Counted from the first letter of the stretch, positions 50,635-59,121 are shown. The stretch is DNA of 64,000 bases from an uncultured bacterium (GCA_963749445.1 CAVVMJ010000004.1:16483-80482), one strand, 5' to 3'. Notes: a model not told the origin generated them from the sequence alone. A program made the numbers and translations.

Positions 50635-52839
50635 CTATTCAAAATGTACGCTTTTGCCGGCGATTTTTTCTTTCAAAAGCGGATAGTTGTCTAAATTCAA
50701 ATCATCTTTCAAAATCGCCAAAGCTTCCTGGCGGGCGGGTTCGATCAAAGATGTATAGGAGGGGTTAAAGTATTTAAAATTCCAGCCGGATTGCTGGGAG
50801 CCGTAGACTTCGCCAAAGCCGCGGGTTTTTAGGTCCAGTTCGGCGAGTTCAAAGCCGTCCTGGGTTTTAGTGAAAGATTCAAGGCGTGCGATGGTATCAT
50901 TTTTAACATCTGCTCCAACCACCTCCCCCCGCTTCGCGGGGTACTCCTCCTTAGAAAAGAAGGAGAGGCTCCGCGGATTGTTCGAGGTTAACTGCGGAGC
51001 TTCCCCTCCTTGCTGAGGAGGGGTGTCCCGACGAAGTCGGGACGGGGTGGTTGGACTCATAAATAAAAAACAATAGCTTTGATGTTCGGCGCGGCCGACG
51101 CGGCCGCGGAACTGGTGGAGCTGGGCCAGGCCAAATCTTTCCGCGCCTTCAATGACCATTACGCTGGCGTTGGGGATGTCCACGCCGACTTCCACCACGG
51201 ACGTGGAAACCAAAATTTGGATTTTGTTTTCCAAAAAGTCTTTCATTACGCTCTCTTTTTCCGCGCCCTTGAGCCGGCCGTGCATCAGGCCGATGTTAAA
51301 CTTGGGAAAAACTTTTTTTAAATTTTTCAGTTCGGTCTTGGCGGCTTTGACGCCAAGTTTATCACTTTCTTCAATCAGCGGCGTAATTACAAACACCTGA
51401 CGGCCGGTGTTTATCTGGTTTGCGATAAATTCATAAGCCTGCCCGCGGTTTTTGTGTTCAACCAGCTTGGTCACAATCGCTTTGCGCCCCAGGGGCTTCA
51501 TCTTTATTTGGGAAATATCAAGTTCCCCGTAAAAAGCCAGCTGTAGGGTGCGGGGGATGGGAGTTGCGGATAATGATAGCAAATGCGGTACTTTTCCACT
51601 AGTTTTCATCAACTCCGCCCGCTGCTCCACTCCAAACCGGTGTTGCTCGTCAATAATTACCAGAGCCAAGTTTTTGAATTTTACTTTTTTTTGCAGCAAA
51701 GCGTGCGTGCCTATATATAGACCGGGGCGGCCTTCCGCAATTTGTCTGGTTAAATTAGATTTTTGTATTTTTCCCAGTTGGTCCAAAGAGAAAGAATTGG
51801 TCAAAAGCGCAGTTGAACATAACTTCTGGCCAGAAGTTATGTTCAACAAGTATTTTTTTGTTGTTTCAAAATGCTGGCGGGCTAAAATTTCCGTGGGCGC
51901 CAAAAAGACGGCTTGATAATCGTCGGAGATTGCCTGTAAGGCTGCTATCAGCGCCACCAAAGTTTTGCCGCTGCCTACGTCGCCTTCCAAAAGCCGGTTC
52001 ATGGGCCGCGGTTTTTCCAAATCCTGCAGAATTTCCCAGGCGGCTTTTTTTTGCGCCGGTGTGAGTTCAAAAGGCAAAGTTAAGACAAAGTTTTTGATTA
52101 GCGTCTGGTCAAATTTTATCGGGTAAGCCTGTTTTACGGCCAGCTCCAGTTTGTGTTTTTGCGCCAGCAATTGATTGTAAAAAATTTCTTCAAATGCCAG
52201 GCGGGCTTTGGCCTCCGCCAGCTTTTCGGCGTCATCGGGAAAGTGCGAAAACTTGACGGTGTCGGCAATGGGCAAAAGCCGTTGGCGCCGCAAAATGTCG
52301 GCCGGTAAATTGTCGGTTAAACTATCGGCGAGGTTTAAAACTGCGCCTATCGCGCGCCGGAAAGTTTTGGGGTAAACTTTTTCCGGCAAGCGGGGATAGA
52401 GGGGAACCAAGCGGGAAGTGTGTAGGGGGAAATCGGATACTTTTTCGTAGGTTGGGTTAGTGAGTTGGAGGCTGAAATTGTAGATTTCCGGCGCGCCTGC
52501 CAGGAAAACCTCGTCGCCTTTTTGCAGCTGGTCGGCTACGTACCCTTGGTTAAACCACACGACTTTTAAAGAGCCGGTGTCATCGGAAACCACGGCTTCG
52601 GCCAAAGACATCCGGCTGCGGAACGAAAAACGCCTGCTGATTTGTTTAACGGTAACTTTAATGCTGGCATTTTCGCCCGGGGTTAAATCCTTGATTTTTT
52701 TGATTTGGGAAAAATCCAAATACCTTCGCGGGAAATACAGCAGCAAATCCCGAGCCGCGGTGAGGCCGAGCTTTTTTAAAGCCGCAACCTGCGGCTTGGT
52801 AAAGATTTTTATTTGCTCAATGGCGTCGTCAAGTTGCAT
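50635..52839 (-). CDS. recG: ATP-dependent DNA helicase RecG with palindrome-encoded insertion
   Basis: GDVGSGKT, DEQHRFG, SATPIPRT, LHQFRGRVGR, DGFELAELDL..RG.GE. Confidence 0.96.
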   Translation of the reverse strand: MQLDDAIEQIKIFTKPQVAALKKLGLTAARDLLLYFPRRYLDFSQIKKIKDLTPGENASIKVTVKQISRRFSFRSRMSLAEAVVSDDTGSLKVVWFNQGYVADQLQKGDEVFLAGAPEIYNFSLQLTNPTYEKVSDFPLHTSRLVPLYPRLPEKVYPKTFRRAIGAVLNLADSLTDNLPADILRRQRLLPIADTVKFSHFPDDAEKLAEAKARLAFEEIFYNQLLAQKHKLELAVKQAYPIKFDQTLIKNFVLTLPFELTPAQKKAAWEILQDLEKPRPMNRLLEGDVGSGKTLVALIAALQAISDDYQAVFLAPTEILARQHFETTKKYLLNITSGQKLCSTALLTNSFSLDQLGKIQKSNLTRQIAEGRPGLYIGTHALLQKKVKFKNLALVIIDEQHRFGVEQRAELMKTSGKVPHLLSLSATPIPRTLQLAFYGELDISQIKMKPLGRKAIVTKLVEHKNRGQAYEFIANQINTGRQVFVITPLIEESDKLGVKAAKTELKNLKKVFPKFNIGLMHGRLKGAEKESVMKDFLENKIQILVSTSVVEVGVDIPNASVMVIEGAERFGLAQLHQFRGRVGRAEHQSYCFLFMSPTTPSRLRRDTPPQQGGEAPQLTSNNPRSLSFFSKEEYPAKRGEVVGADVKNDTIARLESFTKTQDGFELAELDLKTRGFGEVYGSQQSGWNFKYFNPSYTSLIEPARQEALAILKDDLNLDNYPLLKEKIAGKSVHFE
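50914..51055. repeat. TCCAACCACC-ended palindromic element inside recG
   Basis: Inverted ends; arms match argS insert. Confidence 0.85.
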
Positions 52840-52841
52840 AG

Positions 52842-52916
52842 TGGTGCTTCCAGCAGGAATCGAACCTGCATCCCAGCCTTCGGAGGGCTATACTCTATCC
52901 GTTGAGCTATGGAAGC
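52842..52916 (-). tRNA. tRNA-Arg(CCG)
   Basis: Cloverleaf; anticodon loop CTCCGAA; GGTTCGATTCC; encoded CCA. Confidence 0.93.
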
Positions 52917-52947
52917 GGGTTAATCGTTAATCGTGAATTGTTAATTG

Positions 52948-53418
52948 TTAGAATTTGAACCGGTGCATAATTTTTTGCACAGGGGTTTCCTCGGTTTCTT
53001 CATGCTCCGGCAAATGGCTAAGCAAGAACCGCCTTATTGCTTCCGGGTCCTGTTCTTCCAACTCCAGGATCATCAAATTGTTAAGCAGCGCCGTAGTTTG
53101 CAGGTTAAGCGTTTTGTGCCTTTCGTTGTGGACAATCCAAAAATGTTTGATTTGTTTGTAGGGGAACATTAAATTGCCAAATTTTACCCCGCGATGATCC
53201 AGTTCAATAACTACAATTTGCGGCTTTTGGCGCGCAAAGAAAAAAATGAACGCGGCAATAATCGCCAGGCACACGGCGGCAAAAAAATCCCGCTCAATGG
53301 CGAAAAAACCGATAATCAAAATGCTCACCGCCGCCAGGGTAATGAACCAGGCGTGGTTTTTTTCGTAGTGCCGAAACTCCGGCGCCTGCCAGGAGATGAT
53401 GGTTTGGTTTGTAGCCAT
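52948..53418 (-). CDS. Conserved hypothetical membrane protein (2 TM + PH-like domain)
   Basis: ISWQAPEF..W, two TMs, PYKQIKHFWI. Confidence 0.75.
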   Translation of the reverse strand: MATNQTIISWQAPEFRHYEKNHAWFITLAAVSILIIGFFAIERDFFAAVCLAIIAAFIFFFARQKPQIVVIELDHRGVKFGNLMFPYKQIKHFWIVHNERHKTLNLQTTALLNNLMILELEEQDPEAIRRFLLSHLPEHEETEETPVQKIMHRFKF

Positions 53419-53422
53419 AGTT

Positions 53423-53680
53423 TTATTTGGGTGAAAGAACCCAGTAATTAATGACTCCCCAAATGATAATCAAGGTAATGAATATGGTTGTAATGAAGAT
53501 GCCGACTTGATTTGCCTGTTTCCAGGCTTTGTGGGCGCTATAAAGCCAAAAAATTTCTGAAACTAAATTGCTGAGTAAGCCGTACTGCGGGAGCTTAAAC
53601 GAAGTTAGCAAAAAGCCAAGCATGGTAAACCCAATCAACCCTACTTGCATCAGAGAATTTGCAGTCAAAAATTTTTTCAC
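53423..53680 (-). CDS. Small membrane protein
   Basis: Three hydrophobic segments. Confidence 0.6.
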   Translation of the reverse strand: MKKFLTANSLMQVGLIGFTMLGFLLTSFKLPQYGLLSNLVSEIFWLYSAHKAWKQANQVGIFITTIFITLIIIWGVINYWVLSPK

Positions 53681-53812
53681 AAAAAAAACGGGTTTTATTT
53701 TGCCTTTCGGCTTCGCTCAAGGCACTCGCCTCGTTTTAAGGATCGTCGTTGGTTGAGGCCTCACAAAGGCCGAAACCACGAGCGAGCTTTGACGTAGTCA
53801 AAGCGAGTCGAG

Positions 53813-53903
53813 TGGCGGAAGCGAGAGGATTCGAACCTCTGAGGGACTCATCATCCCTAGCAGTTTTCAAGACTGCCCCGATAGACCGCTCCGGCACGCT
53901 TCC
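53813..53903 (-). tRNA. tRNA-Ser(TGA)
   Basis: Long variable arm, loop CTTGAAA, GGTTCGAATCC, CCA. Confidence 0.93.
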
Positions 53904-54003
53904 TGATCTACCTCGATCGTAGAAGCCGATAAATCGGCGCACTACACACGGTGGTTAACTATATTATACCATTTTATATCTTAGTAAGCAACAAGTAGTA
54001 CTA

Positions 54004-54060
54004 TCCGCCTTCGCCAAGGCTTCCGCCTCCGCTAAAGCTACGGCGGACAAGTCGGCGGAT
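54004..54060. repeat. Self-nested TCCGCCTTCGC(C/T)AA(G/A)GCT..CGGCGGA palindrome
   Basis: One copy inserted in another; family also near 2279, 5201, 16218, 39475. Confidence 0.7.
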
Positions 54061-54204
54061 TGCCCGCTATGTTTTATATTGATATTGTGGGCAACAAAAA
54101 CAACCCACCTCTAGAATGGGTTGTTTTTATATTTTTCGGTTTTAAAGCTTCCGTGGACTGCCATCCTGAATTGAGGAAATATGCTTATTTCCTCTATCAA
54201 GATA

Positions 54205-55377
54205 TCAGTGGTTATAATCCGTTTGCGGCGCGGGGTCTTCTATAATATAGCTGCCGACGGCGGTGTTGGGGTCGGGGAGAGCGGATTGGCTGCCGGCCGG
54301 GGTAGAGGTGGAAATATTTTTGTCGCTTGGGTCGGTGGAAGTCGCGCTGGCCGGCGTAGTGGTCGCCGTTCCTTTGACTTGTCCGGCCATGTCCACAATA
54401 TTAATTTGCCGGGCGATTAAAACGGTATCCGTTTGGTCACCCAAAATTTGCACGGTTTGGTTGAGTTTTAGATCCTGCGGGGCAATAACGGCTCCTTTGG
54501 AGTCTTTAACAATTGTCGATCCGGTCAAAGTGAATGTTTTATTTTTGACGGATACGGTGTTGTAGCTAAGTTGGCTAATAGTACCCGTGGCGCTGACGGC
54601 ATTGGGGTTGGACTGCAACGTCGCCAAAGCTTGGTCTCCTTCGGCCGCGGTGAGGTATTGCTGAATGGCCGCCACTTTGCCGGCGGTTTTCTGGGCGGCT
54701 GCCAGCACGCTCTTGTTTACGCCCGCGGTTTTTTGGGAGTTTAAATTCTTAAGCAGTGCCTGTTGGTTGTTGGTTATGGTTTGCAGAGATGCGATTAAAG
54801 GATGATTTTGGCTAATCGCGGTTGTACTGGCTTGGTTTAAAGCGTCAATGGTGTTTTGGGTTTCCGCCGCCAATTCGCTTAAAGCTGCAGCCTGCTTTTG
54901 CGGGTCACTGCTGCCGGATCCGTTGAGCGCGAGTTGGGCATCGTCCAGGCGCTGTTGGGCAATGGCCACCTGGAGATTGATTTTTTGCTGCTCATTTAAG
55001 GTAAAGGCCAGTTGCGCGTGTTCGCCGGCTTTTTTAAGTCCAAAAAAAGTATCGCCCGGGCGGCTAACGTAGGTCGCGTAACCGGTGCTGATTCCCAAAG
55101 CGGCCAAGAGCAGTACGGACATGCTGACCGCGGCAAAACGCGACACGTGGAGCCAGCCAAGCCAAAGTTTTCTTGCCGGAGCCAGAATGTATTTGCGCTG
55201 CATGGCTGGTTCGGGCACGGTTTTTTTGGGGAGATTTGATAAAGCCAAAGCCAAATCCAGCATCCCTGCCAGTTCGTCGGTGATTGCCGGATACTTTGAA
55301 AGAATCTCCGCTTTGGTGCGGCCGGCTTTGAGCTCCTCTAGAGCTTTGTCGTAAATTTGTTCTATATCCTGGGGCAT
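54205..55377 (-). CDS. Anti-sigma-like membrane protein (DUF5667 + DUF5666-like)
   Basis: TM then SRPGDTFFGLKKAGE..RL; downstream of ECF sigma. Confidence 0.75.
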   Translation of the reverse strand: MPQDIEQIYDKALEELKAGRTKAEILSKYPAITDELAGMLDLALALSNLPKKTVPEPAMQRKYILAPARKLWLGWLHVSRFAAVSMSVLLLAALGISTGYATYVSRPGDTFFGLKKAGEHAQLAFTLNEQQKINLQVAIAQQRLDDAQLALNGSGSSDPQKQAAALSELAAETQNTIDALNQASTTAISQNHPLIASLQTITNNQQALLKNLNSQKTAGVNKSVLAAAQKTAGKVAAIQQYLTAAEGDQALATLQSNPNAVSATGTISQLSYNTVSVKNKTFTLTGSTIVKDSKGAVIAPQDLKLNQTVQILGDQTDTVLIARQINIVDMAGQVKGTATTTPASATSTDPSDKNISTSTPAGSQSALPDPNTAVGSYIIEDPAPQTDYNH

Positions 55378-55597
55378 ATCTGGTTGGGTTATTGTGACGA
55401 CCTGTGTTTGAAACAGTAGTAGGGCATTGGGTATGGCGGCCGGTACGGAGAATGGTAATAGGATATTGGTTTTGGCGGCCGGTATGGTGGTAGGTTTTAA
55501 GGTATTTGTTACCTAAAACCCATTCCTTACAACCACACCGGACGCCACGCCTTATACCTTACTACTTATTTCTGTACTGGCCGCTACACCTTATAAC

Positions 55598-56194
55598 CTA
55601 CAACCGTTTATTTATCCGTTGTCTGATTAATTCCTGCAACTTTACTATCGCTCGGTGCTGAATAACCCTTATGCTGCCTTCGCTTTTGTGGAGCATCTCG
55701 GCAATGGTGGGGTTGTCCAAATCTTCAATAAATTTTAACTTGATGACAATTTGTTGTTCCGCGGGTAATTGTTTAAGCGCGGTCATAAACATCCGCTGGT
55801 CCTGGTTCAGGTTTACCGCGTCCACAATGTTGGCTTCGTATTCCAGCGTGTTTTCAAGTTCGTCCAGCGGCACGTCTGATTTTTTTTCGCGGTAATAATC
55901 AATCACCGCGTTGCGCGCTATCTGGTACAGCCAGCCCTGCAAAGCGTCGCCATCGCGCACCGAGTGGATTTTGCCGAAAGCTTTTAAAAAGATTTCTTCG
56001 GCCAAGTCTTCGGCCACTTCTTTGTGGCTGACGCGGAAGTAAATAAAGCGGTAAATCCTTTTAAAAAACAGGTTGTAAATTTCCCCAAACGCCGCCTGAT
56101 CCCCGTGCTTGGCTTTGCCAAAAACATCGGCGGAAAGGGCTTTTTCCGAGTCGGAATTTAACGAGTTGATTATATAGACGGAACTTGGGTCCAT
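55598..56194 (-). CDS. ECF sigma-70 factor
   Basis: AEDLAEEIFLKA, WLYQIARNAVIDYYR, IAEML.KSEGSIRVIQHRA. Confidence 0.92.
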   Translation of the reverse strand: MDPSSVYIINSLNSDSEKALSADVFGKAKHGDQAAFGEIYNLFFKRIYRFIYFRVSHKEVAEDLAEEIFLKAFGKIHSVRDGDALQGWLYQIARNAVIDYYREKKSDVPLDELENTLEYEANIVDAVNLNQDQRMFMTALKQLPAEQQIVIKLKFIEDLDNPTIAEMLHKSEGSIRVIQHRAIVKLQELIRQRINKRL

Positions 56195-56427
56195 TTGTTA
56201 CAAAGGGGATTTATTAGGCAATGTTTGGGCGATTTTTGCAAAATTTCGTTTTTTCGTTTCTATGGCGCTTACTATTCAAAATGTATTGTAGCATATTTTA
56301 AGGACTTGATGCTTATACGAATCTGCCTGCTGATTGGGTTTGGCAAACAAAAAATCCAAAACAGGTTTGGATTTTTTTGTGGCGGAGAGGGGGGGATTGT
56401 GAGCCCCGAAAGGCTTTGACACCTTTA

Positions 56428-56521
56428 TCCAGCACCTTCTTATAATATCGTGCAATGAGAATGAATAGTTGGGAGAGTTATCTTTTTGCAGGATTTAAAT
56501 ACTTGGTATGAAGGTGCTGGA
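56428..56521. mobile_element. 94-bp MITE, TIR TCCAGCACCTTC, TTTA TSD
   Basis: TTTA at 56424-56427 and 56522-56525. Confidence 0.75.
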
Positions 56522-56533
56522 TTTACCGGTTTA

Positions 56534-56705
56534 CCCCGCACCAATTTTTCGTAACATATATTCTGGTGGCGGAAAGGGGGGGATTCGAACCCCCGGAAGG
56601 CTTTGATACCTTCACCGGTTTAGCAAACCAGCGCACTAGGCCACTATGCGACCCTTCCACCAGCAAAATATATGATTGTAAAAAAGCAAAGAAATTGGTG
56701 CGGGG
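56534..56705. mobile_element. 172-bp MITE, TIR CCCCGCACCAATTT, TTTA TSD, carrying an intact tRNA
   Basis: TTTA at 56530-56533 and 56706-56709. Confidence 0.75.
56567..56658 (-). tRNA. tRNA-Ser(GCT)
   Basis: Loop TTGCTAA, long variable arm, GGTTCGAATCC, CCA. Confidence 0.92.
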
Positions 56706-56792
56706 TTTAGCAAACCAGCGCTACTTGGGCCTCTATGCGACCTCTCCATCAATTAAATATATTAAAATTGCCTTATTATTCTAGCAAAAAGT

Positions 56793-56879
56793 TCAATCTC
56801 TGGCAATTGTAAGGCACCAGACGGAGGAGGCGCCGTTGCGCTTTAAGACTTGGGCGGCTTCAAGGAGGGTGGCGCCGGT
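56793..56879 (-). repeat. Displaced duplicate of the comF 3' end (att-like direct repeat of 57475-57561)
   Basis: Encodes TGATLLEAAQVLKRNGASSVWCLTIARD-stop. Confidence 0.85.
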
Positions 56880-56933
56880 AAATCAAAATCAAAATGGGGC
56901 ATGCAAAATTAAAAAATCCCCGCTTGGGAATTT

Positions 56934-57206
56934 TTAAATTCGTTTATAAATTTGGCTGTAGACTACCGAGCGATGCTGGATTATCAGGATTTTAACGTTA
57001 TTTTGCTCAATTTTAAAAATGACGCGGTAGTCGCCGACGCGAAGCTTGCGGTAGCCTTTGAGCGAACGGCGCAGGGGCTTGCCGTAAAAATCGGGATACG
57101 CGGACAACCGCCGCTCTATCGCCGAGCGGATTTTTTGTTTCCATTCTTCCGAAAGTTTGGGAATGTCATCCCTGACGACCAAAGGATGGTAGCTTAGCTT
57201 GAACAT
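56934..57206 (-). CDS. RelE/ParE family toxin
   Basis: GKPLRRSLKGYRKLRVGDYRVIF..HRS.VY. Confidence 0.9.
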   Translation of the reverse strand: MFKLSYHPLVVRDDIPKLSEEWKQKIRSAIERRLSAYPDFYGKPLRRSLKGYRKLRVGDYRVIFKIEQNNVKILIIQHRSVVYSQIYKRI

Positions 57207-57207
57207 A

Positions 57208-57426
57208 TTACCAAGCTTTAGAATGGGGGACAAAGCGCGCTTTTTTACTGTCGCGCGAGCCGGCAATGGCGTCCCAAACCCGGTCTTCCTCCATTTCCAA
57301 AGCCGTTTCCAGCAAATGGGCGGCTTTGGTGGCTTGGGGAACGTCGTCGCGCAGCGCCAGCCTGTTAAGCCCTTGCCTAACGTGGCCGGGGAGGCTAATG
57401 TTGATTCTTGCTTTTGTGGTGGGCAT
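57208..57426 (-). CDS. Antitoxin (RHH-like)
   Basis: RINISL N-terminal strand, ALEMEED, HSKAW end; directly upstream of toxin. Confidence 0.8.
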   Translation of the reverse strand: MPTTKARINISLPGHVRQGLNRLALRDDVPQATKAAHLLETALEMEEDRVWDAIAGSRDSKKARFVPHSKAW

Positions 57427-57474
57427 AGCTTTAGTGTATCAAAAGTGTATCAGTTATGTCAAGTCCTAAAATGG

Positions 57475-58251
57475 CTAATCTCGGGCAACAGTTAGGCACC
57501 AGACGGAGGAGGCGCCGTTGCGCTTGAGGACTTGGGCGGCTTCAAGGAGGGTGGCGCCGGTGGTGGTGACATCGTCGATTAATATCAGATTTTTATTTTT
57601 TATCGTCAAGGCATCTCCAACCACCCCGTCCGCCTGCGGCGGCCACCCCTCCTTAAAAAGGAGGGGAGTTGGGGACAGCGCAAAGGCGTCGCGGACGTTT
57701 GTTAGGCGCTGTTCGCGCTTTAGGTCTTTTTGGGTTTTGGTGGATTTGATTCTTATCAGCGCGTCCATAACCGGCAAATTTAATTCTTTGCCCATTGCCC
57801 GGCATAAAATTTCGGATTGGTTAAACCCGCGCCAGCGCAGGCGTCTGGGGTGCAAAGGCAGGGGGACTAGCAGGTAGTTGGTAGTAAGTAGGGGGTAGCC
57901 AACCTTAATTTGATCGGCTAAAAATTTTCCCAGTTCCTCGTAAATGCCCGGCAAAAAACTGTATTTGCCTTTGATTAAAATGTTGGCGACGGATTCGTCG
58001 TGGTAATTTAAAATGGATATTAACCTGTCGGCGCAATGGGGCGTCAGGCATCCCGGATGGGTAAAGCCGCCAAGGGACTGTTTTTGGCAGACAATGCAGT
58101 GCTGGAATTCCAATCTTGATAATTCCGATAAACATCTAGGACACACAAAGTTCCTCTCCGCCCCGCACCGCAGGCATTGGATAGGGAACAGGGTATCCAA
58201 TACAAAAGTTCTGGCGTCAATAAGGAAAGGTTTTATTAAAGTTCGATACAT
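57475..58251 (-). CDS. comF: ComF family competence protein (double zinc ribbon + PRTase)
   Basis: CLRC..CPRC, VPLPLH..R..RGFNQS, LIDDVTTTGATL. Confidence 0.92.
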   Translation of the reverse strand: MYRTLIKPFLIDARTFVLDTLFPIQCLRCGAERNFVCPRCLSELSRLEFQHCIVCQKQSLGGFTHPGCLTPHCADRLISILNYHDESVANILIKGKYSFLPGIYEELGKFLADQIKVGYPLLTTNYLLVPLPLHPRRLRWRGFNQSEILCRAMGKELNLPVMDALIRIKSTKTQKDLKREQRLTNVRDAFALSPTPLLFKEGWPPQADGVVGDALTIKNKNLILIDDVTTTGATLLEAAQVLKRNGASSVWCLTVARD

Positions 58252-58267
58252 ACTTTTGTCAGGGGCT

Positions 58268-58996
58268 TTAAAATCCTAGCTTAGAACGAAATTCTGACCC
58301 TCCGAGTATAAAACCAGCCGCGATATTGACGATCTGAGAGGTTTCATTTGGAGCTTTAGAAATTAAAAAGCAGATAAGCCCCAACGCAAGACAAAATTTT
58401 GTGAGCTCGATGCCTTTATTTATCAGATGTTTTTCAGTATTATGTTCTGCATTTTCGCCGCTTTCTATTACCAAAGAATCCAGTACTGCTTTAATTTTTT
58501 TTGATTCCCCAAAACTAATATCCATAGGAACCTCAAGTATGAATTTAAAGTCCGGCCTAAGAGCCAAAACAAGCCTATGGGCGTTACTGTTATTAGTTGT
58601 ATAAGTTTCAGTCATCTCGTTGCTATTTTGTATATTTTTAGCGGGTTGATTTGAATCGGAATTTTTTTTAGACGAAGCCTTTATTTTTGGAGTCCAATTA
58701 ACCATTTTAGTGGGGTCAACCCCGTATTTTTCGTAATCTTTAATTACTTTTAGGATCCGATTCCTATAAGTAGCCAATGAGGCAACGCTAAAGCGATCAC
58801 TATTTTTTGTACAAACGCTCCTGTAGATTTGTTCAAAGTTAGCTTTGAAGCTTTCTAAAGAATTTCGCTCATCATCATTGATTTCAGTTTCAAATAGCTT
58901 TAAAGCTGACTTTAAAGCTCCTCCCGTATTTTGAGGATATTTTCTACTTCTGATGGCCCTATCTATAAATTGATAAAGGTCAGTAAACTTTTCCAT
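58268..58996 (-). CDS. Hypothetical AT-rich protein with C-terminal hydrophobic segments
   Basis: ORF 58268..59029; likely ATG at 58996 after AGGAG. Confidence 0.65.
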   Translation of the reverse strand: MEKFTDLYQFIDRAIRSRKYPQNTGGALKSALKLFETEINDDERNSLESFKANFEQIYRSVCTKNSDRFSVASLATYRNRILKVIKDYEKYGVDPTKMVNWTPKIKASSKKNSDSNQPAKNIQNSNEMTETYTTNNSNAHRLVLALRPDFKFILEVPMDISFGESKKIKAVLDSLVIESGENAEHNTEKHLINKGIELTKFCLALGLICFLISKAPNETSQIVNIAAGFILGGSEFRSKLGF

Positions 58997-59081
58997 AAAA
59001 CTCCTTTTTATTAATAGTTTTGGTTTCATTATAGCGCGTTAAAAAACTCTGTCAAGTCTTATTAGGATAAGAAAAGCACTC

Positions 59082-59121
59082 AATTGAAAATCCCCTTTTA
59101 AACAAAAGGGGATTTTCAATT
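59082..59121 (-). terminator. Terminator-like hairpin after clpC
   Basis: aattgaaaatcccctttt..aaaaggggattttcaatt. Confidence 0.6.

Larger units (their letters stand above)
56380..56747 (-). pseudogene. Degenerate tRNA-Ser(GCT) interrupted by two TTTA-targeting MITEs
   Basis: Pieces 56380-56427, 56526-56533 and 56710-56747 rejoin into a tRNA-Ser-like sequence with a damaged T loop. Confidence 0.75.

Noticed and set aside
56534-56705. Group I or archaeal-type tRNA intron
   Set aside because: Too short for group I, no bulge-helix-bulge, has TIR and TSD, and the outer tRNA is degenerate.
56793-56879. comF duplicate as a DGR template repeat
   Set aside because: Differences are not confined to adenines and are mostly synonymous; an att-like duplication fits better.
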